A DNA stretch of 64,000 nt from Clostridiales bacterium (GCA_004555915.1 SFJM01000006.1:16483-80482); one strand, 5' to 3'. Numbered from the stretch's first letter, positions 51,328 through 61,788 are shown. Translations and numbers: made by a program. Notes: a model not told the origin generated them from the sequence alone.

Positions 51328-51343
51328 ACAAGGAGGTCTTACA

Positions 51344-52801
51344 TTGAACCTGTCTGCGTTCCAATTCACCACCAATCTGGATGACAACATCAAACGGATG
51401 AAGGAACAGTTTGCCCATGACAATACCTTCATCTGCCGTATGGTACAGGGCAGGGGTTCTCCTGCCCTGCGGGCTGCGCTGTTCTTTTTTGACGGCATGG
51501 TGGAAAGCAGCAATATCAATGAAAGCATCATTAAGCCCATCAGCCTGTGGGAAGGGGCTCCCCTGCCCATGGATGCGGTCATTGATGAAGTTTTGCACAT
51601 TGACGACTGTCCCTTTGACCCGCCGGTGGACAAGCTGGTGGCTGCCTTCTTATATGGCGATACCATTGTGCTGGTGGATGGTGACAGCCGTCCGGCGGTA
51701 GTCAATACCAAAGGCTTTGCCAAACGCGGGCCGGATGAACCGGACAATGAAAAAGTCCTGCGTGGTCCGAGAGAGGGATTTACCGAAGCGTTTATGGGCA
51801 ATCTGGCGCTCATCCGCAGGCGGCTGCGCACGCCGGATTTATGCTTTGAATTTTCACAGGTCGGCTCCGTATCCCACACCACCGTCAGTGTGTGTTATAT
51901 CAACGGCATTGCAGACCAGACGGTTTTACAGGCGGTAAAACAGCGCTTAAAACAGATTGAACTGGATGCAGTATTGGATGCCAACTATCTAAGTGAGCTC
52001 ATGCGGGATGACCGTTTTTCTCCTTTTCCTACCACTGGTTTTACAGAACGTCCGGATATCGTAGCGGCAAAGCTGCTGGAAGGCCGGATTGCGATTGTAG
52101 TGGATGGCACACCGGTGGTCCTGACAGTGCCCCACATCCTGCAGGAAACCTTTCAGGCAAATGATGACTACTATATCTCCTATCTCTATACCAACCTGAC
52201 CCGCTGGCTGCGGGTTCTTGGCTTTCTGTTGACCATTACCCTTCCCGCCATCTATGTCGCTCTGCTCACCTGGCACCAGGAAATGATCCCTACCCGGCTA
52301 TTGTTTTCCATTGCCGCGTCCCGGCAGGGTGTGCCCTTTACCACCTTTACCGAAGCTGTTGGCATTTTGGTTATTTTTGAGATTTTGAAAGAAGCAGGTA
52401 CCCGCACACCGGATACCATCGGACAGGCCCTGTCCATTGTGGGCGGTCTGGTATTGGGACAGGCTGCGGTGGATGCGCGGTTTGCGTCCGCACCCATGGT
52501 CATTGTCATTGCCTTTTCCGGTGTCACAGCGCTCATTGTCCCCAAGTTGCGCACGGCCACGTTACTGCTGCGGTTTTTCCTGTTAATCTGTGCCGCAATC
52601 CTTGGATTATATGGCATCTTACTGGGGCTTGCGTTAATTCTCGCCCATGTGTGCCGTCTGACCTCCTTTGGCATTCCCTATCTCACCAATATTCTCGCCG
52701 CGGAAAAACACAATGGGCAGGATGTCCTGTTCCGTTTCCCATGGTTTGCCATGAAGCCGGACCGGCGATTCCTTGCCGGATGGAATGGGGTGCGCCGATG
52801 A
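51344..52801 (+). CDS. gerKA: Spore germination receptor subunit A
   Basis: RGPREGF, ERPD..LLEGR..DGTP, GGLVLGQAAV; TTG start after AGGAGG. Confidence 0.9.
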   Translation: MNLSAFQFTTNLDDNIKRMKEQFAHDNTFICRMVQGRGSPALRAALFFFDGMVESSNINESIIKPISLWEGAPLPMDAVIDEVLHIDDCPFDPPVDKLVAAFLYGDTIVLVDGDSRPAVVNTKGFAKRGPDEPDNEKVLRGPREGFTEAFMGNLALIRRRLRTPDLCFEFSQVGSVSHTTVSVCYINGIADQTVLQAVKQRLKQIELDAVLDANYLSELMRDDRFSPFPTTGFTERPDIVAAKLLEGRIAIVVDGTPVVLTVPHILQETFQANDDYYISYLYTNLTRWLRVLGFLLTITLPAIYVALLTWHQEMIPTRLLFSIAASRQGVPFTTFTEAVGILVIFEILKEAGTRTPDTIGQALSIVGGLVLGQAAVDARFASAPMVIVIAFSGVTALIVPKLRTATLLLRFFLLICAAILGLYGILLGLALILAHVCRLTSFGIPYLTNILAAEKHNGQDVLFRFPWFAMKPDRRFLAGWNGVRR

Positions 52802-53826
52802 AACGCATTCTGATTGGCTTTATGGTTTCCCTGTGCCTGATGCTGGGTGGCTGCAGCTGGAAGGATGCCAGTGATTTATCCGCTGTTACTGCCGGAGCCA
52901 TCACACGGGAGAACGGGCAATATGTCCTGACAGCAGAATTGGCAATTCCCAGTGCGGACAGTGCGTCTCCGGATGCCATAACCGTATCCGGTAAAGCCTC
53001 CGGCATCCCGCAGGCCATCGACCAGACCGGTTATGGACTGGATGCACAGCTGTACTGGAGCCATGCACGTGTCCTGCTGCTGGATAAGACACTGCTTCGG
53101 GATGGGATAGAGGACTGCACACAGGAACTCACCCGTTCCAGTGAAGTGCGTCCGGCAGTCCGGCTATGTGCGGTGCGCAATACCGATGCCGCCAGTCTGC
53201 TGAACTGTGAATCCACCAGTGGAGATCCGGCAGGCTTTGCCTTGGGGGACAGTATATCCTATGCCGTCCGCCAGTCCCAGACCCCCGATATGCCCTTATA
53301 CCGTATGCTGGACCGCATGGAAACAGCGGGTATAGATCCGGTTTTACCTGCGGTTTCCCTGAAGGGCAGTCAGGCTGTACTGTCTGGCAGTGCCCTGTTC
53401 TCCGGTGATACCCTGTGCGGCTGGCTGAATGAACAGCAAACCGGGATTCTTTCCATCCTGCTGGCGGATGGAGATACTGCCACAATCTACGATACGGATA
53501 CACGGTATCAGCTCAGCAATATCCGCACCGACATTGTTGTAAAAGCCGGGGACAAGCCGCGTATCACTGTATCCATACAGACAGATACTGCCTGTGAGAC
53601 CGATGTACAGGCCCAGCAGGCAGCCCGCTGTTTACAGGAGCAGAGTGTCGCTGTGATTTCCACCCTGCAGCAGGCGGGCTGTGATGCCCTGGGCTTTGGC
53701 CGTGCCTGGCAGCGGGAAGATGCAGCGGGTTGGACGCAGGCAGAGCCGGATGCATGGCAGACATTGCCGGTAACGGTACATGTCACCTGTCACCCGGTAC
53801 AAAGTGCGGAAGGAGGCAGCCGATGA
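52798..53826 (+). CDS. gerKC: Spore germination receptor subunit C (lipoprotein)
   Basis: LGGC lipobox, LYWSHARV, DALGFG. Confidence 0.8.
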   Translation: MKRILIGFMVSLCLMLGGCSWKDASDLSAVTAGAITRENGQYVLTAELAIPSADSASPDAITVSGKASGIPQAIDQTGYGLDAQLYWSHARVLLLDKTLLRDGIEDCTQELTRSSEVRPAVRLCAVRNTDAASLLNCESTSGDPAGFALGDSISYAVRQSQTPDMPLYRMLDRMETAGIDPVLPAVSLKGSQAVLSGSALFSGDTLCGWLNEQQTGILSILLADGDTATIYDTDTRYQLSNIRTDIVVKAGDKPRITVSIQTDTACETDVQAQQAARCLQEQSVAVISTLQQAGCDALGFGRAWQREDAAGWTQAEPDAWQTLPVTVHVTCHPVQSAEGGSR

Positions 53827-54881
53827 ATACCATTCATGGACGGCAGGTAACCTGTCTGCTGCTGGTGATTCTCAGTGGCTGGTCACTCACCATGTCCGCT
53901 GCCAACGGACGGGATGGCTGGCTGATTCTGGTCCTTGCCTGCTTGTGCAGCCTGTTGTTTACTGCACTGTGCTGTCTGCCTGCGGAGCGCATGCCCACGG
54001 TACGCTGGTTTGATTTGCCATATACTGTTTTGGGGAATGGATGCAGCATGGTATACCTGATCCTTTTGTCTGCATTGGCATTCTGGTCGCTGTGTATCGC
54101 GGTATGCAGCAGTGTGATTTTTCTGCGCACCGTGTCCAATGGGGAATGGCCGGTCTGGCTGTTGGCAGCAGCAGTCCTCATCTGTGCTGCCTGCACGGCA
54201 CAAAATGGCATACAAAAGCTGGCTTTATGGGCAGAACCGGTCATCTGGGTTGTCATTGTTTCCCTGTTGGTTTCCCTGCTGCTCAGCTGGCGCCAATTGG
54301 ACTGGACACAGCTGTTCCCGGTACTGGAGCATGGCTGGTCTGGCGTGCCGTTTCGGGTTTATTTATTGCTTTCCGTGCCCTTTGGGGAAGTATTTTATGC
54401 TGCGGCGGTGCTTGGCAGCAATGCCGGCACACAGGTTCGTACCGGTTTATTGCGGGCATGTGTGCTTGCCGGTATCCTGCTGTGCCTGCTGTATATCCGT
54501 AACATCTGTCTGCTGGGTGTACAGGGCGCGAATATGGTACTGTATCCGTCCTATACCGCTGCCAGCGTGTTGGAGTTTGGAGAATCCTTCCAGCGCGGTG
54601 AAGTATTGATTTCCGGCAGTCTGATTGTCTGTGCCGTTGCACGCATTGCCTTGATTCTGGAATTTTTATCCGGCAGCATCCAGGCAGCCACAGGAAAGGC
54701 TTCCCGCAGGCAAACCATCTGGCTATCTGCGGTTCTGGCTGGAATCGTTTGTGTCCTGTTTGCCGGCAGCAATCAGGCATTTGCCGATGCACAGGAGCTG
54801 TATCAGATTGTATTTTTGCCGGTTGTCCTGACAGCTGCGATCATATTATTTGCCGGGGTATGGAGAAAGGGGAAACAATAA
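53823..54881 (+). CDS. gerKB: Spore germination receptor subunit B (permease-like)
   Basis: Polytopic membrane protein; GRDGW, PFGE, YPSY, FQRGE; A-C-B gene order. Confidence 0.78.
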   Translation: MNTIHGRQVTCLLLVILSGWSLTMSAANGRDGWLILVLACLCSLLFTALCCLPAERMPTVRWFDLPYTVLGNGCSMVYLILLSALAFWSLCIAVCSSVIFLRTVSNGEWPVWLLAAAVLICAACTAQNGIQKLALWAEPVIWVVIVSLLVSLLLSWRQLDWTQLFPVLEHGWSGVPFRVYLLLSVPFGEVFYAAAVLGSNAGTQVRTGLLRACVLAGILLCLLYIRNICLLGVQGANMVLYPSYTAASVLEFGESFQRGEVLISGSLIVCAVARIALILEFLSGSIQAATGKASRRQTIWLSAVLAGIVCVLFAGSNQAFADAQELYQIVFLPVVLTAAIILFAGVWRKGKQ

Positions 54882-54919
54882 TTTTTTGATATGGTTTGTG
54901 ACTGCGCTGGCAACGACAG

Positions 54920-55174
54920 CCCCTAAGGAAGAGACTCACCGGCGAGTCTCTCCCTTAGGAAACCCACTCTGCCGCCAAAGGGGTTGGATACCCCTTTGGA
55001 ATCCCCAATAATCACCGCGATCTTCTCTGGAGCATCACCGCCAGCCTGCTTCCGCCGCGTTTGCCGCAGTTCGGCTTGCATTCCGTGGTTTATTCATACA
55101 ATGATACAACACCACGTTCCACGGCAGGAATAAACCAATATGCAACGCCGAACAGGAACAGAGAGGACTGAGAT
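54920..55174. repeat. Structured ~255-nt dispersed element, copy B
   Basis: Homologous to 5957-6214 in the same orientation. Confidence 0.85.
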
Positions 55175-55255
55175 TTTTATACCATACCGCACTTGAAACA
55201 AACGAAAAAACAGGCAGATGCTCCCGCATCTGCCTGTCTGCATATTCAAGTATGT

Positions 55256-56533
55256 TTACTTGGCGATATCAATAACCTGATCGCGGCCAGGGCCAACTCC
55301 CAGCATCTTAACCGGGCAGCCGATGATCTTCTCCAGCTCCTTGATATAGTTCTGGACATTTACCGGCAGCTCATCAAAGCTCTTGCACTTGGTGATATCC
55401 TCGGTGAAGCCGTCAAATTCCTCATAAATCGGCTTGCAGTGCTCCAGATCAGCAAAGTTAGCCGGGAACTCGGTAATGCGCTCGCCCTTGAAATCATAAG
55501 CAACGCAAACCTTCAGCTTCGGCAGACCGCACAGCGGGTCAATCTTGTTGATGACCATTTCAGTCAGGCCGTTAACGCGGACAGCGTAACGTGCGATGAC
55601 AGCGTCAAACCAGCCGGTACGTCTCGGACGTCCGGTAACTGTACCAAATTCGCCGCCTGCATTGCGGATATAATCACCGGTCTCATCAAACAGCTCGGTC
55701 GGGAACGGGCCCTTGCCCACACGGGTAGTATAGCTCTTGCAGATACCTACAATTTCATTGATAGCAGTCGGGCCAACACCGGAGCCGACACAGCAGCCGC
55801 CGGAAACCGGATGGGAGGAAGTAACATACGGATAAGTACCCATATCCAGATCAAGCAGAGTACCCTGTGCACCTTCAAACAGGACTTCCTTGCCTTCCTT
55901 GATGGCATTATATGTGATAACAGAGGTATCCTTTACATGGCTTCTCAGACGGTCAGCATATACCTTGTATTCTTCCAGAACAGCCTTGATATCAATCGGC
56001 TCACCGCCATAAACACCGGTGATAACCTTGTTCTTGCGCTCACATGCTTCGGTCATAACCGCTTCAAAGCGCTCCGGATCAACAAAGTCATGCATGCGTA
56101 CACCGATACGCTCGGACTTGTCCATATAAGTCGGGCCAATACCCTTCTTGGTGGTACCGATATCATCGCCGCCGCGTGCCTTTTCACTCAGTGCATCCAG
56201 CTCCAGATGCCACGGAAGAATGCAATGTGCACGTGCGTCAATAAACAGCTTATCGGTGGAAATACCACGCTCATTCAGTCCATCCATTTCACCCAGAATC
56301 GACTTCGGATTGACAACAACGCCCGGTCCGATAATATTTACACAATCCGGATACAGAATACCGGACGGAATCAGCTGTAACTTGTAGGACTCATCCCCAA
56401 CCACAACAGTATGGCCTGCATTGTTGCCGCCCTGAGAACGAACGACCAGATCAGCCTGAGAAGCAAAGATATCAATATATTTGCCCTTGCCTTCATCGCC
56501 CCACTGAGCGCCCAATACAATTTTGCCTGGCAT
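55256..56533 (-). CDS. purA: Adenylosuccinate synthetase
   Basis: QWGDEGKGK, GIGPTY, EGAQG, GTVTGRPRR. Confidence 0.99.
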   Translation of the reverse strand: MPGKIVLGAQWGDEGKGKYIDIFASQADLVVRSQGGNNAGHTVVVGDESYKLQLIPSGILYPDCVNIIGPGVVVNPKSILGEMDGLNERGISTDKLFIDARAHCILPWHLELDALSEKARGGDDIGTTKKGIGPTYMDKSERIGVRMHDFVDPERFEAVMTEACERKNKVITGVYGGEPIDIKAVLEEYKVYADRLRSHVKDTSVITYNAIKEGKEVLFEGAQGTLLDLDMGTYPYVTSSHPVSGGCCVGSGVGPTAINEIVGICKSYTTRVGKGPFPTELFDETGDYIRNAGGEFGTVTGRPRRTGWFDAVIARYAVRVNGLTEMVINKIDPLCGLPKLKVCVAYDFKGERITEFPANFADLEHCKPIYEEFDGFTEDITKCKSFDELPVNVQNYIKELEKIIGCPVKMLGVGPGRDQVIDIAK

Positions 56534-56752
56534 AAAAAATTGCCCCTTTCAAATGATTTTGGGGTAGAGCAAATACCCCGGAACTAACTCATAAGCTGAT
56601 TATAGCATCTTTCCGACATTTATACAACCAAACTTTTCTGTTTTAGCAAGAAAAAGCAGGGATTTTCTCTGTTTTCTCCCTTGCCTCCCTCCGCCTGTCG
56701 CGTTACAATAAATAGATGTAAAACGATTGCCGATTGGAGGCATGTATCCGCT

Positions 56753-57664
56753 ATGACATCCGTATTCTTTAAAGTTCTGGCCTTTATCCTGATGATTGCC
56801 TTAGGCTATCTGATGAAGGCAAGACATATCCTGCAGCAGGAGGACAGTCAGATATTGATGAAAATTATTATCAATATTACCATGCCTGCCGCATTGATTT
56901 CCGGCTTCCGTACCTTTTCCATTGATGTATCGCTGTTATTTGCACTGGCCATTGGATTTGGTATGAATTTGCTGCTGCTGGCAGCCGGATGGATCTGTTC
57001 CGTCCGGAAGGATGGGGAAACCCGCGCGTTATATCTGCTCAATACGCCTTCCTATAACATTGGTAATTTTGTCCTGCCATTTGTGCAGGGATTTCTCCCC
57101 TCCTCTGCTGTGCTTTGTCTGTGTATGTATGATGCGGGAAACAATCCCTTTGGTGCAGGCATTACCTATTCTGCTGCCTGTTCGGTTTCCGGCGGCAATC
57201 GCAGGCTCTCCATCCGGCATATCCTGCGCACCTTGTTCCGTTCTCCTCCGTTTCTGGCGTACTTCATTATGCTGGTGCTGTATCTGCCGGGAATCCGTCT
57301 GCCCGATGCATTTTTTGACCTGTGTACATTGTTTGGGCAGGGTAATGCCTTTCTCGCCATGTTTACGCTGGGTCTGATTTTTGAATGGCATTTAACCCGG
57401 GAAGATCTGTGGGAAGTGGCACAGATTCTGGGTCTGCGGTACATCCTTTGTCTGTCGGCAGCTGCGGTTGTTTTTCTGCTGACGCCCTTCGATCTGGTCA
57501 TCCGGCAAACCTTGTGCCTGTGCCTGATTGGCCCGGTCACTACGCTGGCAATCCCCTTCGGTTTATCCTGCGGCTGCAAGCAATCCATGATTGCCGCCCT
57601 CAGCTCAGTCAGCATGGCAGCCAGCTTTGTCCTCTCCCTGATTTTCCTGCTCCTTTGGGCATAA
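56753..57664 (+). CDS. AEC-family transporter
   Basis: About 10 TM; ITMPA, YNIGNFVLPF, SPPF. Confidence 0.8.
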   Translation: MTSVFFKVLAFILMIALGYLMKARHILQQEDSQILMKIIINITMPAALISGFRTFSIDVSLLFALAIGFGMNLLLLAAGWICSVRKDGETRALYLLNTPSYNIGNFVLPFVQGFLPSSAVLCLCMYDAGNNPFGAGITYSAACSVSGGNRRLSIRHILRTLFRSPPFLAYFIMLVLYLPGIRLPDAFFDLCTLFGQGNAFLAMFTLGLIFEWHLTREDLWEVAQILGLRYILCLSAAAVVFLLTPFDLVIRQTLCLCLIGPVTTLAIPFGLSCGCKQSMIAALSSVSMAASFVLSLIFLLLWA

Positions 57665-57766
57665 AAAAAACGGATGCTGTTATGGCATCCGTTTTCTGTT
57701 GATGAAATAGATTTACATGCTTCACCAAATATACTCTCAGCCGGTAAAATGACGTTCTGTTCCAAA

Positions 57767-57820
57767 GCCTCCCTCAGAGGAGGGAGGTGGCATTTGCGTC
57801 AGCAAATGACGGTGGGAGTC
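57767..57820. repeat. Single REP-like unit
   Basis: Near-identical to 21480-21533. Confidence 0.9.
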
Positions 57821-57881
57821 GCATCCGGCTTACAATCTACACCAATCTATGGATTGATATGGAGATATTTTGTTTCACATT

Positions 57882-58703
57882 TTACAGCTCCATATCTGGC
57901 ATGGACGGCAGCGTCATCTCCGCTTTTCTGCCGCACAGGTCATCAAAATAATGCACGAATGCGATTTCCGTGTAAGCAGTCACATAAACGCCCACAATGC
58001 CGAAGGTAATGGCGCTTGCCAGCTGCCACAGGATAAAGCTCAGGTCGAATACCAGCAGCTCCCAGTTATGTCCCTTGAAAATCGGCGCACATGCCTTGAC
58101 TGCGCCCCAGACACTGGCATCCGGTGTGTCAATCATGTTGATATACGCGCCGTCATACCGGCGAACCTTGACAGCAACGAACAGGGTTACAACAACGACC
58201 AGCACAATATAGATCGCTAATACCAGTATCATCGCAATATATGACTCACCCAATGCAAGCAGCGTAATCGGGATGATGCCGATAAAAATAATTGCATAAT
58301 CCAGCAGCAGCCAGCCAATCGAACGAACGCCGATGCACAGGCTCAGCTTCAGTGAAGTCAGGTATTTTTTACCGCTGGTAAAGCAGGTCAGCACCTGGGA
58401 CGGCGAGCATGCCTCACCTCTTGCCAGGGATACAAAATAATGCTTTGCACCGAATTCAATCGGAGAACCGATAAGAAACATTGCTACGATATAAATACCC
58501 AAATACTGGTACATACGCATCAGCTCTTCCAGAGTCGCATGATCCGATATACCCCGCACGCCAATCTGCATAATGATAGTGATCAGGAAAATTGGAACCA
58601 GTTCCAGCAGCACAGCCCCCATGGTTGGCCAGAATTTGGTCCGGATATCTGCCCGCGCAGTTGCTTTATACTGTCTGCGTGCATCAGAATTACATGTCAT
58701 CAT
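57882..58703 (-). CDS. DUF975-family membrane protein
   Basis: KGHNWELLVFDLSFILW..YVTAY pattern; several TM segments. Confidence 0.75.
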   Translation of the reverse strand: MMTCNSDARRQYKATARADIRTKFWPTMGAVLLELVPIFLITIIMQIGVRGISDHATLEELMRMYQYLGIYIVAMFLIGSPIEFGAKHYFVSLARGEACSPSQVLTCFTSGKKYLTSLKLSLCIGVRSIGWLLLDYAIIFIGIIPITLLALGESYIAMILVLAIYIVLVVVVTLFVAVKVRRYDGAYINMIDTPDASVWGAVKACAPIFKGHNWELLVFDLSFILWQLASAITFGIVGVYVTAYTEIAFVHYFDDLCGRKAEMTLPSMPDMEL

Positions 58704-58873
58704 AAGACACCCCTTTCATAAAATAACCCGAAAGTATCCTGCTGTCATTGTAGCATATCCTCTGTGGGAAGGCAATGACAGACCGGTTACATTTCCGTTC
58801 CCGGTAAAAATGAGAAAAAAATCCCCTGACAGCCTGTGCCATCAGGGGAACAGCGTTGCTGTAATGCCAAAAA

Positions 58874-59641
58874 TTACTTGGTTTCCTTTGCAGCTTCAGC
58901 AGCCTTATCCGCCTCAATCTGTGCCTTGGTACGGCGGGTACGCTTCTTTGTACCTGTGGTAGAAGTCTTTGCAGCAGCCTTCTTGCGGGTAGTCTTTGCA
59001 GCCGGCTTCTTGGCAGCAGTGGTCTTCTTGCGGGTGGTAGTCTTCTTTGCCGGAGCCTTCTTTTCTTCAGCCTTCGGCGCTTCCTCAACAACTGCCGGAG
59101 CTTCCTCTGCAGCCTTCGGTGCTTCCTCAACAACTGCCGGAGCTTCCTCTGCAGCCTTCGGTGCTTCTTCCACAACAGCCGGAGCTTCCTCTGCAGCCTG
59201 CTGCGGCTGAATCATCCAGCTCTGGTTCTCGCCATCTACGTCAACCCAGATCTGCAGGCGCGCACCGTCTGCAGCAGCATTCATGCCCACAACGTCAATG
59301 CACTTTGCGGACATAGCGGACTTGATGCAAACAGCACCCTCTGCCTTTTCCTCAAAGAACCACATCTGGCTGTCACCGTTGACGAAATCCCACTGATGGA
59401 GGTTTGCGCCGTTGACAACGCCCATATTGATAATATCCAGTGCCTTGCCGGAATTCTTGTTGATAATCTTATAATACTTGCCATCAATATGCACGATGGA
59501 CCACAGCTGCTGGTCTGCGCCAGTCGCCTCAGCCAGGCATACCTTTGCTCCGTTATCGGCGGATGCGTTTTCGATCTCGATTACCTTGCCGCCTGCCTTG
59601 GCAGCAATGGTATACCATACGTTCTCATCAAAATTCTGCAT
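58874..59641 (-). CDS. Ricin-B lectin domain protein with repeat linker and Lys/Ala-rich tail
   Basis: QxW motifs (QLW, QMW, QSW) and NSGKALD; low-complexity C-terminal half. Confidence 0.85.
   Translation of the reverse strand: MQNFDENVWYTIAAKAGGKVIEIENASADNGAKVCLAEATGADQQLWSIVHIDGKYYKIINKNSGKALDIINMGVVNGANLHQWDFVNGDSQMWFFEEKAEGAVCIKSAMSAKCIDVVGMNAAADGARLQIWVDVDGENQSWMIQPQQAAEEAPAVVEEAPKAAEEAPAVVEEAPKAAEEAPAVVEEAPKAEEKKAPAKKTTTRKKTTAAKKPAAKTTRKKAAAKTSTTGTKKRTRRTKAQIEADKAAEAAKETK
59072..59197. repeat. Coding tandem repeat, 3 x 42 bp (AAEEAPAVVEEAPK)
   Basis: Units start at 59072, 59114 and 59156. Confidence 0.9.
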
Positions 59642-60022
59642 GATATTAACACTCCTTGTCCTGCGGCAGAAATCTCGATATATGTAAATTTCTGCAACGA
59701 AAATGTTCTGTATGTTTCATGGCTCATTATAGCACAGCGACTGTATTGAATCAATATTTTTGTTTCAAAAAAGACGGGTTAAGCCGTCAAATCCCGCTTT
59801 TTTCGTGAAAATTGATGATGTTTTTCAAACATCATCAATCTGTTTTGGTGGTTTTTTCCGTCGAAAAAAATGATTAAAATGATGCAAAAGGGACATGCAT
59901 ATGGTTAATCCGGTGCCGATGCTTTTCAGAATTGCAAAATTGTGCTATACTATGGGTATTCAGAACGATCCTTTGCCGGCTGGTTCCGGCAGGAATGCTA
60001 CAAGGAAAGAGTGGATGCATGT

Positions 60023-60661
60023 ATGACAACCTCGACAATTTATACCATTGAACGCGAGTTCGGTTCCGGCGGACATATTGTCGGCGAAAAACTGGCAAAG
60101 CTGCTGGATATTCCCTTTTACGATTCTCAGATTGTTGATATGGCGGCAAAGAATGCCGGTGTCAGCCGAAAAATTTTTGAGGGCTTTGATGAAAAGCCTA
60201 CCAACAGCTTCCTGTACTCTCTGGTTATGGGCAGCTATACCGCAGCTGGTTCCCTGACGCAGACCTCTGACCTGAACATGAGTGATAAGCTGTTTGTGGA
60301 AGAGGCAAAAATCATCCGCGAAGCAGCGGAAAAAGGCCCCTGTGTTGTGGTTGGCCGCTGTGGCAGCTATGTCCTGCGGGAACGACAGGATGTTGTCCGT
60401 GTGTTCTGTACTGCCGATATTGAGTTCCGCAAGCACCATGCTGTACATGACCTGGGACTGCCGGAACGCCGTATTGAGGATGCGGTTCTCAAACGGGATA
60501 AAAAGCGTGCCAGCTACTACAATTATTATACCGGCAAACGCTGGAGCGATGCTTCCAGCTATGACCTGTGTGTCTCCACCAGTACGGTGGGAATTGATGG
60601 CGCTGTGGAAACCGTCCTTGCCTTCGGCGAGCTGATGGAACGGCAGCGCATGGCCAAATAA
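60023..60661 (+). CDS. Cytidylate-kinase-like family protein
   Basis: TIEREFGSGG, VVGRC, DKKRASYYNYYT..YDL. Confidence 0.9.
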   Translation: MTTSTIYTIEREFGSGGHIVGEKLAKLLDIPFYDSQIVDMAAKNAGVSRKIFEGFDEKPTNSFLYSLVMGSYTAAGSLTQTSDLNMSDKLFVEEAKIIREAAEKGPCVVVGRCGSYVLRERQDVVRVFCTADIEFRKHHAVHDLGLPERRIEDAVLKRDKKRASYYNYYTGKRWSDASSYDLCVSTSTVGIDGAVETVLAFGELMERQRMAK

Positions 60662-60903
60662 ACCAGATCATCCGGTTTCGTCAGGCTTCCTTTCGACAGG
60701 AAGCCTTTCGTTTTGCCCGTTTCCATGCCGCCGGATACAAAGACCTCAAGGTTTTCTTAAAAAAAAGGAAAGAAATCGCTGAAAAACAGTGTATTTCTTA
60801 TGAATCCTGCCCCTGTTATTTTATTAGAAGTTATGGTATACTGACTCGTATCGTGCACATGGACCTGTAAAATTTATATGTTCCCGGAAAGGAGAGATCT
60901 ACT

Positions 60904-61758
60904 GTGCTGGAGGTCTGGATGGAATGTCTGACTGATGTTTTGAAAACCATTCCCATTTTGTTTATCGTTTATATTGTCATCTGCTGGATGGAAACCCGCA
61001 TGGATGCCGTCACACGCATTGTTACCAGTACCGAACCGGTTGGCCCGATTATCGGCGCACTGGTGGGTGCCATTCCCCAGTGTGGTTTTTCTGTGGGCTG
61101 CTCCGCCCTGTACTGCCGCGGCTTTCTTGCACCGGCTACCCTGATTGCCGTATATCTGTCCACTTCCGATGAAGCCATCCCGGTCCTGTTGGCTGGTGGC
61201 GGAAGCTGGCAGATGATTGCGTTTCTCATCATCACAAAAATTATCATCGCAGTCGTTGCCGGATATCTGTTTTATTTCCTGTGGTTCCGCAAAAAATGGA
61301 ACCCGGGTGAATGGCCGGATGATGAAATGGACATGGAGGAAGTCAATGCGGGCTGCTCCTGCTGCAACAGCCAGTCCTTAATTGGCGCCGCCATTTCCCG
61401 CACGGTGAATACCACGGTATTTTTGGTGTTTACCATGCTCATCCTCAATACCGTCATCTATTTTATCAGCGAGGACACGCTTGCCTCGATTCTGCTCAGC
61501 GGTTCGGTATTCCAGCCGGTACTGTGCGCCCTGATCGGACTGATCCCGGGCTGTGCGGTATCCGTCCTGCTCATTGAGCTGCTGACCGCCGGAACCATCA
61601 GCCTTGGCGGTGCCATTGCAGGGCTGTCTGCCGGTGCAGGCTTTGGCTTTATCCTGCTGCTGCGTGAAGCACCCAACCGGAAAATCGCATGGCAGATTAT
61701 CGGCTGTACCTATGTGGCAGCTGTCATTGCCGGCATTCTGGTGGATTTGATTGTTTAA
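60904..61758 (+). CDS. Putative metal (manganese-type) transporter / permease
   Basis: IPQCGFS, STSDEA, LIPGCA repeated motifs. Confidence 0.75.
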   Translation: MLEVWMECLTDVLKTIPILFIVYIVICWMETRMDAVTRIVTSTEPVGPIIGALVGAIPQCGFSVGCSALYCRGFLAPATLIAVYLSTSDEAIPVLLAGGGSWQMIAFLIITKIIIAVVAGYLFYFLWFRKKWNPGEWPDDEMDMEEVNAGCSCCNSQSLIGAAISRTVNTTVFLVFTMLILNTVIYFISEDTLASILLSGSVFQPVLCALIGLIPGCAVSVLLIELLTAGTISLGGAIAGLSAGAGFGFILLLREAPNRKIAWQIIGCTYVAAVIAGILVDLIV

Positions 61759-61788
61759 TCCATATCTCTTACCTCTGGAGGATTTATT

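Noticed and set aside
59072..59197. 42-bp tandem repeat considered as CRISPR or a non-coding array
   Set aside because: In-frame coding repeat with synonymous differences and no spacers.
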